Below, in pieces: positions 7,292 to 17,209 of a DNA stretch of 31,688 nucleotides (its first letter is position 1; each line of letters opens with the position of its first letter). The notes beneath the pieces were generated by a model. It did not search any database, was not told the DNA's origin, and worked only from the letters and a program-made list of their open reading frames with translations. The stretch lies in contig JAWODM010000063.1 of the NCBI GenBank assembly GCA_046483305.1, forward strand, positions 1 to 31,688, read 5' to 3'. The DNA is from Candidatus Krumholzibacteriales bacterium (GTDB lineage: Bacteria; Krumholzibacteriota; Krumholzibacteriia; Krumholzibacteriales; WJIX01). The translations under genes were made by a program, and so were the position numbers.

Positions 7292-8677
7292 TTGAAGAAC
7301 TGCAACAATATTAATATAAGAGTTTTTCTGATATTCTTCTGCCTGACTACCCTGATCCTGCCGGTTGAGTGCCACAGCGCCGGAGAAACATTGCTTGATT
7401 CATGGGATTATAGCTTCCGGCTGGAAGGCGGTATTTTTTATCAGGATATGAAATCCTGGCCGGATATAGAAATTGAAATGCCTGATTATTTGAGGGAACG
7501 CAAGATCTATTCAGAGCTGGCATACAGACATTCAGTCCTGAGAGAAGACCTCCTTACCGATAACCCCCTGGTACATGGAGCTAGCTTCAATGAACTTATA
7601 TTCAAAGCTCGAAACAGGGGCTTTGGTATAGAGGGAAGAGTCTTAATGGAAGATCGCGGAATGTCGTATGGCGTTTTCGACACTCACAATTCCATTATTT
7701 TCCCGAAGGTTGGCGTTTCCGCGGATTCATCGTTCAGTATATCGGGAGAAAAAATCGAATTCGGTATCTATAGCGGGTATTTTGAGGATATAACTCTGGG
7801 AAATGGTCTGACTATATACAACATCGATACCCAGGGTAACAGATTTTATCTGAAATGGCAGAATTTGAGAATGGGACTCACAACTATAGGTGACCTGTCC
7901 AGAACATACGATCTTAATATCGGCGATGTCCATTACTACTCTCTGGGCCTGGAAGAATTTTCACTCTTTGACCTGGTTGAGCTCAGTGCCGAAACTGGCT
8001 ATCATAAGTTATATCGCGGACTGCTGGATGAGAAAATTGACGGAAAGATAAGTTTCGCTCTTGAACTGAAGAGAGGGAATTCGTTCAGGTTCTATTCAGA
8101 AACTGGGTTTAGAGAGTATTCCAGAGCATACTTTGATCGAATCGATCAGAGTGCTAATATCACGGGAATAAACTATCATGCTGAGAAATCCCGTTTTGTC
8201 ATCAATGTAACAGCGGAAAGAAGATATTACGGGAGGCATTTCAATGAGGGATTCAGAAGCGAAGATCAGGATTTCAACTTCAGGAAGAATGGTATCAGTA
8301 TCAATCACAATACTATTGGTACTGACCTCTACCCAATCTCATACTATATGAGGCCGTTCAGTCAGTGGGCGGTTTATACCGAATATCAGCATCGTGACGT
8401 AAGCTCATATATCCTCCGGGGCAGATGCAGGTACAATCTCACCACCGGTTTATTCCTGGAGTGTTTTTTCGATCTGAACTACATGGACGTATCAAGCGAA
8501 GACCCTTTTCTGTATCCCTTCTATGACTTTGCCCTGGGATGGGTCCCTCTTGAGAGCACCAGCTTTTCGATCGGCCTGACCAACCGGGCGATGAACCTGG
8601 ATGAACAATACCCCACCCTGTATCTGCTGAAGTCTCCTGCTCTCGAGATTAACTGGTTTTACCGCGTTGCCTTCTGA
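7292..8677 (+). CDS. Hypothetical exported protein, probable outer-membrane beta-barrel
   Basis: TTG start behind GGGGAGG, signal-peptide-like N-terminus, aromatic/Gly-rich alternating strands, C-terminal ...INWFYRVAF ending in Phe. Confidence 0.6.
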   Translation: MKNCNNINIRVFLIFFCLTTLILPVECHSAGETLLDSWDYSFRLEGGIFYQDMKSWPDIEIEMPDYLRERKIYSELAYRHSVLREDLLTDNPLVHGASFNELIFKARNRGFGIEGRVLMEDRGMSYGVFDTHNSIIFPKVGVSADSSFSISGEKIEFGIYSGYFEDITLGNGLTIYNIDTQGNRFYLKWQNLRMGLTTIGDLSRTYDLNIGDVHYYSLGLEEFSLFDLVELSAETGYHKLYRGLLDEKIDGKISFALELKRGNSFRFYSETGFREYSRAYFDRIDQSANITGINYHAEKSRFVINVTAERRYYGRHFNEGFRSEDQDFNFRKNGISINHNTIGTDLYPISYYMRPFSQWAVYTEYQHRDVSSYILRGRCRYNLTTGLFLECFFDLNYMDVSSEDPFLYPFYDFALGWVPLESTSFSIGLTNRAMNLDEQYPTLYLLKSPALEINWFYRVAF

Positions 8678-8684
8678 CAGATTA

Positions 8685-10595
8685 TCAGAAGACCGGTTCA
8701 GAACTTCGTATAAGATAATCGTCTCCGATAATATATGCATGCCCGCCCGGGCCGAAGGTCAAATCATTCAACCATGAACGCTCAGCGAAAACTTCTGCGG
8801 AATAATCACGGTACCAGTTTCTTCCACGGTCTCTGGAGTAAAAAATTCTTCCCAGACAGCTCATCAGGATATGCCCGGTTCCGCTGAACGCGAACTTCAC
8901 CCTGGTGGGGTCGTAGCCTGAATAGACCGAATAGAAGCCATCCTTTCTGATTTCCCAGCTGCCGCCGTTATCCGTGGAGGCCAATATTTCATCATCTCCG
9001 CAGAGGTAGATAGTTCCTTCCGGAGAAAGATCAGCGTAATAACCCGGAATATCGATCTTCTTCCATGTCATTCCGTCATCCATCGATCTCAATAAACATT
9101 CCCTCGAAAAAACAAATATAATATTATCATTCTTTACTCTGACCGAGAATTGGTATGAATCAAATTCCATATCATCGAAGTTCAAATTGAGGCGGCCCCA
9201 TGTTTCTCCCATGTCTTCTGAGCGATATATACCGTCCTGTCGACCGCCTGTGTATATTCTGCCCCGGGAATCTATCTCAATAAAATCAGTATCAATATAA
9301 TTTTCGGGCTCTGGAAGCTTATTACTGACTATAACCTTTGAGGTAATGTCGAATATTCTAACGTAGTTGCCATAGATAGAGCCGGCTCTTCCTCCACCGA
9401 AAGCAAATTCTTCAGCACTAAATCTATCCCATACCTGGATCCATGTATTCCCCTCCTCATCCCCGCAGAACAGTCCCCGTTCTCTATTTCCCGCCAGTAT
9501 CGAGCCATCACAGGCTATCGTTACACCCCGCCATTTAGTGGCAGGTACCCCTTCCTGCCAGATATCCCAGTCAAATAAACTCCAGCTCATCCCGCCGTCA
9601 GCCGACCGCAGCATATTTTTCGAGCATGCAATAAATTCATTGCCTATTGCGCACATAGATCTGATGGAACAATAATACAGACCATATGTACTCCTGGTCC
9701 ATGTTCCCCCCCCATTATCAGAGATCAGCACGCCGTTGTAGAAATCAGCAATACATACTATTCCTTCCCCTGAAACCGCAATAGCCGTAATTTCATGGAT
9801 TGACTGGGATGGGCTTACATCCTCGGCGGTTTGCTCCCCTGCTTTACATCTTAAAACATTCTTGCCTCCTCCGACCGCGTACAGGGCGCCTTCAGGGGAT
9901 ACCGCCATATCAGTTATCTCTGTATCTGCCAGTTCACCATCAATAATCACCCAGCTCTGACTGCTGTTTCCGGTCATAAATATTCCCGAACTGGTTCCGG
10001 CATAAAGCGCTCCCCCTGAAACTTCCTCCAGGGAAGTTACTTCCGCCGTTATTGCCTGCTCTCCGTATTGGGACCAGTTCTGCCCCTTGTCTGTCGAGAT
10101 GAACAGACCTCCCGTGGTTCCTGCAATCAGCTCGCCCCCTGATGTGGCTAGAAGATCGTTCACATATATGTTTGGCAATCTATTATTCACCTGCTCCCAA
10201 CTTCCGCCATTATCTTCCGAGATAAAAACACCTCCGGGAGACTGCGCGGCGAAGACTGCTCCATCCTGATCAACTACTATCCTGGTAATGCCGTAGCCAC
10301 GGTCGTTTATTTTGCACTCCTCCCAACTATTGCCTCTAACCTGTCTGTATACCCGGCCTACTGACCCCACCATCAGGCGCCCATTGGGCATCTCAGCTGC
10401 AGTTGTAAAAACTTCGTAGTACGGAACATCCGGCAGGTCGATCTCTTTCCACTCTTCCCACTCAGGTTCGTCAAAGCAGATATCCTCAGTGCAACCGGCA
10501 CTCAGTGACAGTAAGCAGGTGCAGATAAAGAGGGTTTTTGCCAGGTGGCTGCGCAACCGGGAGCGTGAATTTTCAGTTTGAAATGATTTATTCAA
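8685..10595 (-). CDS. Lipoprotein with BNR/Asp-box repeats (VPS10/YCF48-like beta-propeller)
   Basis: Lipobox LSAGC. Asp-boxes SEDNGGSW, STDKGQNW, SDNGGGTW, SADGGMSW, SEDMGETW, SMDDGMTW, STDNGGSW, SRDRGRNW. Confidence 0.8.
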   Translation of the reverse strand: MNKSFQTENSRSRLRSHLAKTLFICTCLLSLSAGCTEDICFDEPEWEEWKEIDLPDVPYYEVFTTAAEMPNGRLMVGSVGRVYRQVRGNSWEECKINDRGYGITRIVVDQDGAVFAAQSPGGVFISEDNGGSWEQVNNRLPNIYVNDLLATSGGELIAGTTGGLFISTDKGQNWSQYGEQAITAEVTSLEEVSGGALYAGTSSGIFMTGNSSQSWVIIDGELADTEITDMAVSPEGALYAVGGGKNVLRCKAGEQTAEDVSPSQSIHEITAIAVSGEGIVCIADFYNGVLISDNGGGTWTRSTYGLYYCSIRSMCAIGNEFIACSKNMLRSADGGMSWSLFDWDIWQEGVPATKWRGVTIACDGSILAGNRERGLFCGDEEGNTWIQVWDRFSAEEFAFGGGRAGSIYGNYVRIFDITSKVIVSNKLPEPENYIDTDFIEIDSRGRIYTGGRQDGIYRSEDMGETWGRLNLNFDDMEFDSYQFSVRVKNDNIIFVFSRECLLRSMDDGMTWKKIDIPGYYADLSPEGTIYLCGDDEILASTDNGGSWEIRKDGFYSVYSGYDPTRVKFAFSGTGHILMSCLGRIFYSRDRGRNWYRDYSAEVFAERSWLNDLTFGPGGHAYIIGDDYLIRSSEPVF

Positions 10596-10614
10596 AACAG
10601 CCTTTCCTCATTGA

Positions 10615-12567
10615 TCAGTAACTTTTTTTACTCCTGTAGATAATGCCTCCGCTTTCCCGGCGCCATCCTGTGGCATAGAGATACCCGTCACTACTGGTAG
10701 CCAGAGATTTAAAAGTAAGATCATAGCTGGATTTATTGAGGATGTCCCACTTATCGCTGCCAGCCTGTTTTCGGTATAATTTATGGCCGCCCGCTGAAGC
10801 ATAAATATCTCCGTTTTCTGCTGCCAGTAATTCTATTACTTCTTCTTCGGTCCGCAGAGAACGCACCCAAACAGTGTCCGAATCATCAAAGCTGAAAACT
10901 CCATCCCGGGTTCCAGCATATAGCTTTCCTCCCCGGTCAATCGTTATATCGAATATCATAATTGACTTCAATCCGCTGTTCAGCTGTTCCCAGACTATAC
11001 CCTCCCCGGTATATCTGAAAACACCGCCGTACTCTGTGCCCGCATAGAGCACCCCCCTGTAATCCGCCCTCAACCCGGTTATATTATATCCGGCCATTCC
11101 GAGATAACTCCAATCGGCTCCGCCGCTTGCGGTTTCATAAACGCCTCCCGTGCATCCGAAGCGAGAGAGTCCTGTAACCGCTATAATACGTCCATCTTCC
11201 GGAGCGCAAAGTTTCCGCACCCTTGTGCTGTCCAGCCCTATCCTGGTCCACACATAATCATTGATAGATAGCCGGAAAACCCCGTCGAAGGTTCCGGCCA
11301 GGATCCCGCCGGCTCCGTCCCATTCCAGGCATTGAACCTCGGGATTTATTAATCCCCCGTTTACAGGACTGAAACCGTCCATGTTTTTCTCTGACAAATA
11401 GAATCCGCCATATCTGCAGCTGAAAAAAATTCTGCCCTCCGGATCTATAAGGAAACTGGTGATTTCATTCTGCGGGAGACCAACCAGAAGCCAGCTTTCA
11501 CCATTATCCCCTGATCTGTAGATACCATTTTCATCAGCTACTATTAAATCCTGCCCTGTTGCGCAGGTCATCATCAGGTTTCCAGAAAAGAATTCTGTAT
11601 AGGACCAGTGATGTCTATATCTATAATCATTAAATAATTCTGTCCAGCTTTCTCCCTGATCGAAGCTCCTGAAAAGGTCCCCGTTGTACGTTGCGAAAAG
11701 AGCATTATCCGCCGTAACTAAAAATCCGGTCTCTCTTCTAATATTAAAATCCGTACTCTCCAGTATATTATCCCAGCTTTCTCCCCCATCATTTGATTTG
11801 TAACCGATTAACTTCCATTCCGAATAATCCTTAATCATAATGTAAATTATCTCTTCTCCATCCACTTCGATATTCCACAGGCGCTTATTCCCCACGGCGG
11901 GCACCGGAATCTGGGACCAGTCATCTCCTGAATTATCCGAAAAAAACATGGTGGTATCAGTCGCCGCATACACTGCATCTTCGGATGCAAATTCAATATA
12001 GGATATCTTTCCATCCAGCAATTTCTCCTGGGTAGCGAAGCAGTCTGAAGTTCTGAAAAGCCCTCCGGCAGTTCCAAAAAAACACCTGTTAAGAGAATCG
12101 AATTCCAGAAAATAAGCATCTACCTCAATTTTGTGCCACTCTGCATCCCCCGCGGGCAAAAGATAAATGCAATCACTTGAAAGCACATAAAGGTTGCCCA
12201 TTCTGTCTACCCTGACAATTTTTGGCTCGACATTGTAAGGAAAATTGAGATTCCTCCATCTGCTCCCGCAATTCTCAGCTCCGAACACCTGCTCGGGATA
12301 GTATAAATCAAATTCGCCGGTGGCTGCAAAAAGGTTCCCTCTTTCATCCAGATCAATTGAACAGATATTTTCATAACTTACCGGTGCATAATATTCCTCC
12401 CAAAAAGCTTCTACGTCAGCCGGATTTTCCTCCGGCTTCGTAATCTCATCCCTGGCGCATCCTGTTGAAAGTGTAAAAGTTATCAGAATTATCAATAAAA
12501 TTGATTCAGTCCTGCGATGTTTTTCCGATGAGTTGTTCAGCTCTTCGTTACTTACCATAACGGACAA
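10615..12567 (-). CDS. Lipoprotein with BNR/Asp-box repeats (beta-propeller)
   Basis: Lipobox LSTGC. Asp-boxes SDNSGDDW, SNDGGESW, SFDQGESW, SGDNGESW, TASGGADW. Repeated (Y/L)AGTxxG(G)VF blades. Start may be the ATG at 12558. Confidence 0.8.
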   Translation of the reverse strand: MSVMVSNEELNNSSEKHRRTESILLIILITFTLSTGCARDEITKPEENPADVEAFWEEYYAPVSYENICSIDLDERGNLFAATGEFDLYYPEQVFGAENCGSRWRNLNFPYNVEPKIVRVDRMGNLYVLSSDCIYLLPAGDAEWHKIEVDAYFLEFDSLNRCFFGTAGGLFRTSDCFATQEKLLDGKISYIEFASEDAVYAATDTTMFFSDNSGDDWSQIPVPAVGNKRLWNIEVDGEEIIYIMIKDYSEWKLIGYKSNDGGESWDNILESTDFNIRRETGFLVTADNALFATYNGDLFRSFDQGESWTELFNDYRYRHHWSYTEFFSGNLMMTCATGQDLIVADENGIYRSGDNGESWLLVGLPQNEITSFLIDPEGRIFFSCRYGGFYLSEKNMDGFSPVNGGLINPEVQCLEWDGAGGILAGTFDGVFRLSINDYVWTRIGLDSTRVRKLCAPEDGRIIAVTGLSRFGCTGGVYETASGGADWSYLGMAGYNITGLRADYRGVLYAGTEYGGVFRYTGEGIVWEQLNSGLKSIMIFDITIDRGGKLYAGTRDGVFSFDDSDTVWVRSLRTEEEVIELLAAENGDIYASAGGHKLYRKQAGSDKWDILNKSSYDLTFKSLATSSDGYLYATGWRRESGGIIYRSKKSY

Positions 12568-12699
12568 TTTTTCCCCTTTGATAAAACATCAATCAAACCA
12601 GAAGATCCCGGTTTTACTTATGCGGCATCTTCTGCTCAATATTATAACAACCTGGGTCCTGGTCGGGGTATCATATAATTTCATCCATGGGTATCCAAT

Positions 12700-12729
12700 A
12701 TATTATCTTCAGGAAAATTTAAATGTCAA
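12700..12729 (-). promoter_or_regulatory. Putative sigma70 promoter for the Asp-box lipoprotein pair
   Basis: Minus strand TTGACA (12729-12724), then GATAAT at 16 nt or TAATAT at 18 nt. Confidence 0.45.
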
Positions 12730-12787
12730 TGATTCAGTTATTCATACAGCCGGCCAAATTCTAATAGCAAAGAGGCGCATTTTGCGT

Positions 12788-13801
12788 TTATTGTATGGAT
12801 TCTTCTTCCTCTGCCGACTTCTTGAGCTCCATGAACGAATAACCCTCTATCAGCAGGAAGATGAATCCCGCTATGGTGATGGGCAGGAAGGTGCAGAGGT
12901 GATAGATCACCGAGAATGAGAGAGCCAGAGACCTGGACACCCCGAAGAAACCCAGGCCCAGAACGCAGCAGTACTGGACTGTACCGACAAAAGCGGGAGC
13001 GGAGGGGATCATTATGCCGAGGGTCACTATAACCAGTATCAGCATAGCTCCGCTGAAGGGCAGGGCTATATCGAATGACCTGGCCAGAACGAATATAATC
13101 GCCGCGTTGGGAAGCCATACCAGTATGGAGTAGAATCCGGCCGCTATCGCGTCCCTGGCGCTTCTGAGAACATCCAGGCCGATAACGAAGGAGTTGAGAG
13201 CCTTCATCAGGGTCTGCTGGAGCTTCTCCGGCAGGAACCCGGTTATAGCCGCCGCGATCGCAAAAGCCTTATCTCTTCGCCATCTCAGAAGCACAATGAA
13301 GGCTATAGCCAGCAGGTAGAAGGCCACCGCCGCCAGAATCACATTCCTGAACCAGGGAGGAAAGGAGAAGGGGAACCTGTACAGGGTAACAAACAGAAAC
13401 AGAAGGATGGTAATTCCGTCATAGATCCTCGCTACCACAATAGTGGCGAAGGAACTGCTCTTGCTTATATTCTCCTTCCTTCCGATGGCGTATGCTCTTA
13501 CGAACTCTCCCAGCCGTGCCGGCATGACACTGTTGGCCATGTAACCTATGGAGGCCGCGGAGAGCAGATTCATAAAGCCGATTTTCTTTATGGGACGGAA
13601 GAGATATTTCCATCTGACCGCCCTGAAAACCAGGCTAAGCAGGGAGAGGGCAACCGCCGGGATAACATAGCGGTAATCGGCATCCTTAAGAGAAATTATC
13701 ATCTCGTCGAAATCGGCCTTGCGGAAGGCCAGGTACAGGAACAGAGCGCTGACAGCCAGCCCCAGAACAAGCTTCCAGTTCGGTTTAATATTCATGCTCA
13801 T
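12788..13801 (-). CDS. Lysylphosphatidylglycerol-synthase TM-domain / UPF0104 flippase-like protein
   Basis: RAVRWKYL, GYMANSVMPARLGEFVRAY, ARIYD, IPSAPAFVGT; about 8 TM segments. ATGA overlap with the upstream gene. Confidence 0.85.
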   Translation of the reverse strand: MSMNIKPNWKLVLGLAVSALFLYLAFRKADFDEMIISLKDADYRYVIPAVALSLLSLVFRAVRWKYLFRPIKKIGFMNLLSAASIGYMANSVMPARLGEFVRAYAIGRKENISKSSSFATIVVARIYDGITILLFLFVTLYRFPFSFPPWFRNVILAAVAFYLLAIAFIVLLRWRRDKAFAIAAAITGFLPEKLQQTLMKALNSFVIGLDVLRSARDAIAAGFYSILVWLPNAAIIFVLARSFDIALPFSGAMLILVIVTLGIMIPSAPAFVGTVQYCCVLGLGFFGVSRSLALSFSVIYHLCTFLPITIAGFIFLLIEGYSFMELKKSAEEEESIQ

Positions 13802-15882
13802 CTATCTTCTCCGGTCTCATCATTATTCTTTTTCAGTGAGTATAATCGGCCGCTTTCGTGAGAAATAATCAGATTGAAAAGTTCGGACCGCTCTTCGATT
13901 TTCCCGGCAAGGCCGGAATCCTGATTAAATTCGTCTCCGTAAAGGAGAACAAAGAGATCCTGATCAGTTTCCTTCAGAAATCTCAGGGTCTCTTCGGACA
14001 GAGGTTCCCGGCCAAAAATATTGTTATTAATCCTGTAATTCTCTCTGACTACGTCTAAATCGTAACCGTATACCCGGTAGAATTTCATGCTGGCAGCCAG
14101 GTTTCTCCTGGACGAGAAAACAGGGGCAAGATGCTTCATATCTTTTTCCATGATTACTGCATCCTTGCCAGTCTCGCTTTCTATCAATCCGAACAGCTCT
14201 TTGTTCGATTTATAGGTTTCATACCGTACCTTCAGTATCTGTTTATAATCCTCGTCCTCTATTTCAGTGGCCGGTCCGGAAATTAGGAAACCTCTGAAGG
14301 TCAGGGCAGGCGGGATGAGAAACAGAAGGAGGAATACGGCCAGAAGAATCTGTTTGCGCCTTCCCCGTGATTCGTGCAGTATATTGAATATCTCTATCCC
14401 GATTACCGGCCCTACCATTATAAACAGAGGAAATATCAGCTTTGATTCTCCCCTTATCGGAAGATCTGCCAGAAGATTGAGCGCCAGAAGAGGGATAATC
14501 CAGGTCAGCAGAAATAGATAACTCTGATTTTCAAACCGGAACAGCTTCCTCAGAAGCCTCCTGAGCGGAAAGATAAGAATTATCAGCGGCATGAGAATGG
14601 TTAACAGATTCCTGATTCCTAAATGCAGATAATCAGACAGGAAATTTCCTCCGCTGGATTCGCCCCCTCCCAGCGAAAGGAAATAAGGAAGCCCAATGAT
14701 GAATACAAGTACCGCTGTGGCCGTGGGCAGGATCAGATCCTGCCACTTATCATTGCCATTTCCCCTGAACTTGCGGTATACCAGAAGCAGCAAGCCGCTT
14801 CCCGCCACCGTGCAGATGAGGGCTACTCCCATGACCACATGGAACAGATAAGTGCCGGCCACTACCAGGAAGAAAGCCCCTGTCGACCTGACCTTGTTGC
14901 GCCTGGTAAAGCTGCGTGACAGGAATATGATAAAACAGAGAATAAAGAGATTCAAAGCGAAGCTGAATGCGGTTATAGTAATATACTTATCGCTCAGATT
15001 TACCATCCATGTTCCTGATGGAGCCAGTGTCTTCAAAACCCCCTGGCCGCTGAAATTTATCTTCCCCACTATCCTTAATATCTCATTCATCCCCTTAACC
15101 CTGCCTGTCAGAGCCCGGGCAAAAGCAACCGGGAAGAAGATCCAGGAGACCGACTCCAGGCCTGCAGCCGCTATCAGTGTGGAGTAGAATATCTTTCTGG
15201 CGCCTGAAACAAAAAGGGAAATTACCCTCCCCACAAGATATGGCATGGTAACAGCGCTGACGATGTTGAAGAGACCCAGGCCCCAGAACAGCTCCACCCC
15301 CGAAAGACTTTTCCAGATGGCGATAAAGAAGTGATAGATCCACATATAGCGTATCGGCTGGCCGGCAAGCCATGGTTCCGCGGGCGGGATCCCTCTGGTA
15401 ATTATCTCGTTAACCACCGAGGCGTGATACCATGAATCCGATCTTATTAGAAGAAAATCATTAAACAGGTACATCAACGCTATTAGAGCGCCGTATCCGC
15501 AGGATAGCAGAATTACCCTTCCGGGAAGATTCAGTTCTCTCTTTCCGTAAGCTGCTTTTCCGCTTATGAGGACCACAGCAAAAAGTATATAGAAGAGCCC
15601 GGCAGAGAGGCGCACTCCGGTCAGGAATCCGGGTGCCAGCTGAGTAAACAGGAGCGCCGCCAGTGAGAATAACACCGGCGACATGAGCGGAGTGAAAAAT
15701 ATGGTATCCGTAACCGGCCTCTCCCTGTCTCCGAGCAGGAAGAAGAATATCAGTCCCGGCAGCACAAATACCTGAGTCAACCCGGAGATGAATTTCAGAA
15801 AAGATGGCAATTCCATAAAAAGAGACAGGGCAGTCAGGAAAATGGCGGCATAAATAATTCGTCTTCGGTTAACGGGATTCAA
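13798..15882 (-). CDS. Large polytopic membrane protein, probable GT-C-type glycosyltransferase (DUF2298/YYY-like)
   Basis: More than 12 hydrophobic segments. First large loop SDSWYH...GIPPAEPWLAGQPIRYMWIYH, an FHVV motif and a soluble C-terminal domain. TTG start behind AAGGAG. Confidence 0.6.
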   Translation of the reverse strand: MNPVNRRRIIYAAIFLTALSLFMELPSFLKFISGLTQVFVLPGLIFFFLLGDRERPVTDTIFFTPLMSPVLFSLAALLFTQLAPGFLTGVRLSAGLFYILFAVVLISGKAAYGKRELNLPGRVILLSCGYGALIALMYLFNDFLLIRSDSWYHASVVNEIITRGIPPAEPWLAGQPIRYMWIYHFFIAIWKSLSGVELFWGLGLFNIVSAVTMPYLVGRVISLFVSGARKIFYSTLIAAAGLESVSWIFFPVAFARALTGRVKGMNEILRIVGKINFSGQGVLKTLAPSGTWMVNLSDKYITITAFSFALNLFILCFIIFLSRSFTRRNKVRSTGAFFLVVAGTYLFHVVMGVALICTVAGSGLLLLVYRKFRGNGNDKWQDLILPTATAVLVFIIGLPYFLSLGGGESSGGNFLSDYLHLGIRNLLTILMPLIILIFPLRRLLRKLFRFENQSYLFLLTWIIPLLALNLLADLPIRGESKLIFPLFIMVGPVIGIEIFNILHESRGRRKQILLAVFLLLFLIPPALTFRGFLISGPATEIEDEDYKQILKVRYETYKSNKELFGLIESETGKDAVIMEKDMKHLAPVFSSRRNLAASMKFYRVYGYDLDVVRENYRINNNIFGREPLSEETLRFLKETDQDLFVLLYGDEFNQDSGLAGKIEERSELFNLIISHESGRLYSLKKNNDETGEDR

Positions 15883-15907
15883 GTTTGCTCTCCTTTCCGA
15901 ACGGGAT

Positions 15908-17209
15908 TTACTGTTTAGACTTCTTCATCCAGAGTTTCCGCAGCGCCCGGAAGACCACTCCCGCCGCCTTTAAGGGCAGAATTCTGAATGCCGCCCTTCC
16001 CGGGCGTGATGAACATATTATAAACTGGAGCGAAACAAATAATTCAACTATTTTCCTGCCCGTTTTTACAGGCGGAGGTTCCCTGTCGTATTCCGGCACC
16101 GCCCTTCCCCAACCCTTCCATATCTTCAGCCTTATGAAGGCCCCTCTCTTCTTCAGATCGAAGCCGTGAGAGTGCATATCGGCCGCATCCTGCATGGAGA
16201 TTTCCTCCAGATGGATGGCTCCGGCATTGGATGCTGCAGACACAATCTCCACTCCCCTCTCCGACCTGGCAAGAACTATCGACCACCCTTTTTCTGAATC
16301 CTCTTCCCTGGCCCATCCGTCACCCACCGATATATCGGCCAGCTCATTGGCCAGATCTATACAGGTCAGGCAGCGGTGGTTGATATAGAAAGGTATCGCC
16401 TGATTGAAATCCAGTTTTGGTATTCGCAGCGTCTCTTCCGATTTCAGTGTCACCGCGAAATTCCCGGGCCAGTCCCCCTCACGGTATGAAAGAGATACTA
16501 CCTCTCCGAGGTCGTCAACACCCAGTTTTCTCAGCATCGCCCCGGTCGCCTCGAAGAACAGGTTGTTGCCGCAGTATATACCGATCACCGGGTCAATTTC
16601 CGCCCGGCAGCTCCAGCCGGCATCCAGCGCTTTCATCAGTCCGTGAATATGGCAGGGAAGCCCCACAAAGGCATATCTTCCATTCCTTTTCGAAATCTCC
16701 GCCAGAGCCGTATTCATCGGGCTGAGATGATAACGGCTCTGCGCAGAAGCCCTGATACTGCTTTCATCTTCCACCAGAGCTCCCTGCCCCCGCAAAGGCA
16801 GATTTTCCAGGGGAGAATAGAGCAGGGACCCGGATATCTCCCCTTCCCTCAGCAGGTGAAGCTGAATGGCGGTGGCCACACCACCGCTGGCCCCTTCCTG
16901 CCGTACATCACTTTCAGCCGCATATGCGAGATATGCTTTCCTCACCACACCCAGCATGGGATGAGAATCTCTGTCTCCGAACAGCTTACTTTCCATCGGC
17001 TGGAATTCTACCCGCTCGCCCGGGCAGCTTTTAAGGCAAAGGCCGCATGAGTTGCACCGGTCCCTCCTGGCCGGGAGGCAGTTTCCAAGGTAATCACTTA
17101 TATAAATGTTTCCGGTGGGGCAAACCCCCGCGCAGGTACCGCACCTGGTGCACAGCCCTCTTTCAATTACTCTTCTGAAAAGAATATCAACCGGCAGTTC
17201 TGCAGACAT
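15908..17209 (-). CDS. FrhB/FdhB-family (F420 hydrogenase beta-subunit-like) Fe-S flavoprotein with N-terminal 2x[4Fe-4S] domain
   Basis: CTRCGTCAGVCP and CNSCGLCLKSCP, GASGGVAT, SRY, VGLPCH, IGIYC, YREGDWPG, RCLTCID, ADISVGDGW. Confidence 0.9.
   Translation of the reverse strand: MSAELPVDILFRRVIERGLCTRCGTCAGVCPTGNIYISDYLGNCLPARRDRCNSCGLCLKSCPGERVEFQPMESKLFGDRDSHPMLGVVRKAYLAYAAESDVRQEGASGGVATAIQLHLLREGEISGSLLYSPLENLPLRGQGALVEDESSIRASAQSRYHLSPMNTALAEISKRNGRYAFVGLPCHIHGLMKALDAGWSCRAEIDPVIGIYCGNNLFFEATGAMLRKLGVDDLGEVVSLSYREGDWPGNFAVTLKSEETLRIPKLDFNQAIPFYINHRCLTCIDLANELADISVGDGWAREEDSEKGWSIVLARSERGVEIVSAASNAGAIHLEEISMQDAADMHSHGFDLKKRGAFIRLKIWKGWGRAVPEYDREPPPVKTGRKIVELFVSLQFIICSSRPGRAAFRILPLKAAGVVFRALRKLWMKKSKQ

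Noticed and set aside
8685..12567. Possible CRISPR array or DNA tandem repeats
   Set aside because: The repetition is only at protein level (Asp-boxes). I saw no identical spaced DNA repeats in the window.
15908..17209. Reading this gene as an F420-reducing hydrogenase or methanogen marker
   Set aside because: There are no FrhA/FrhG or F420 genes nearby, and the gene sits in a bacterial glycosylation operon.
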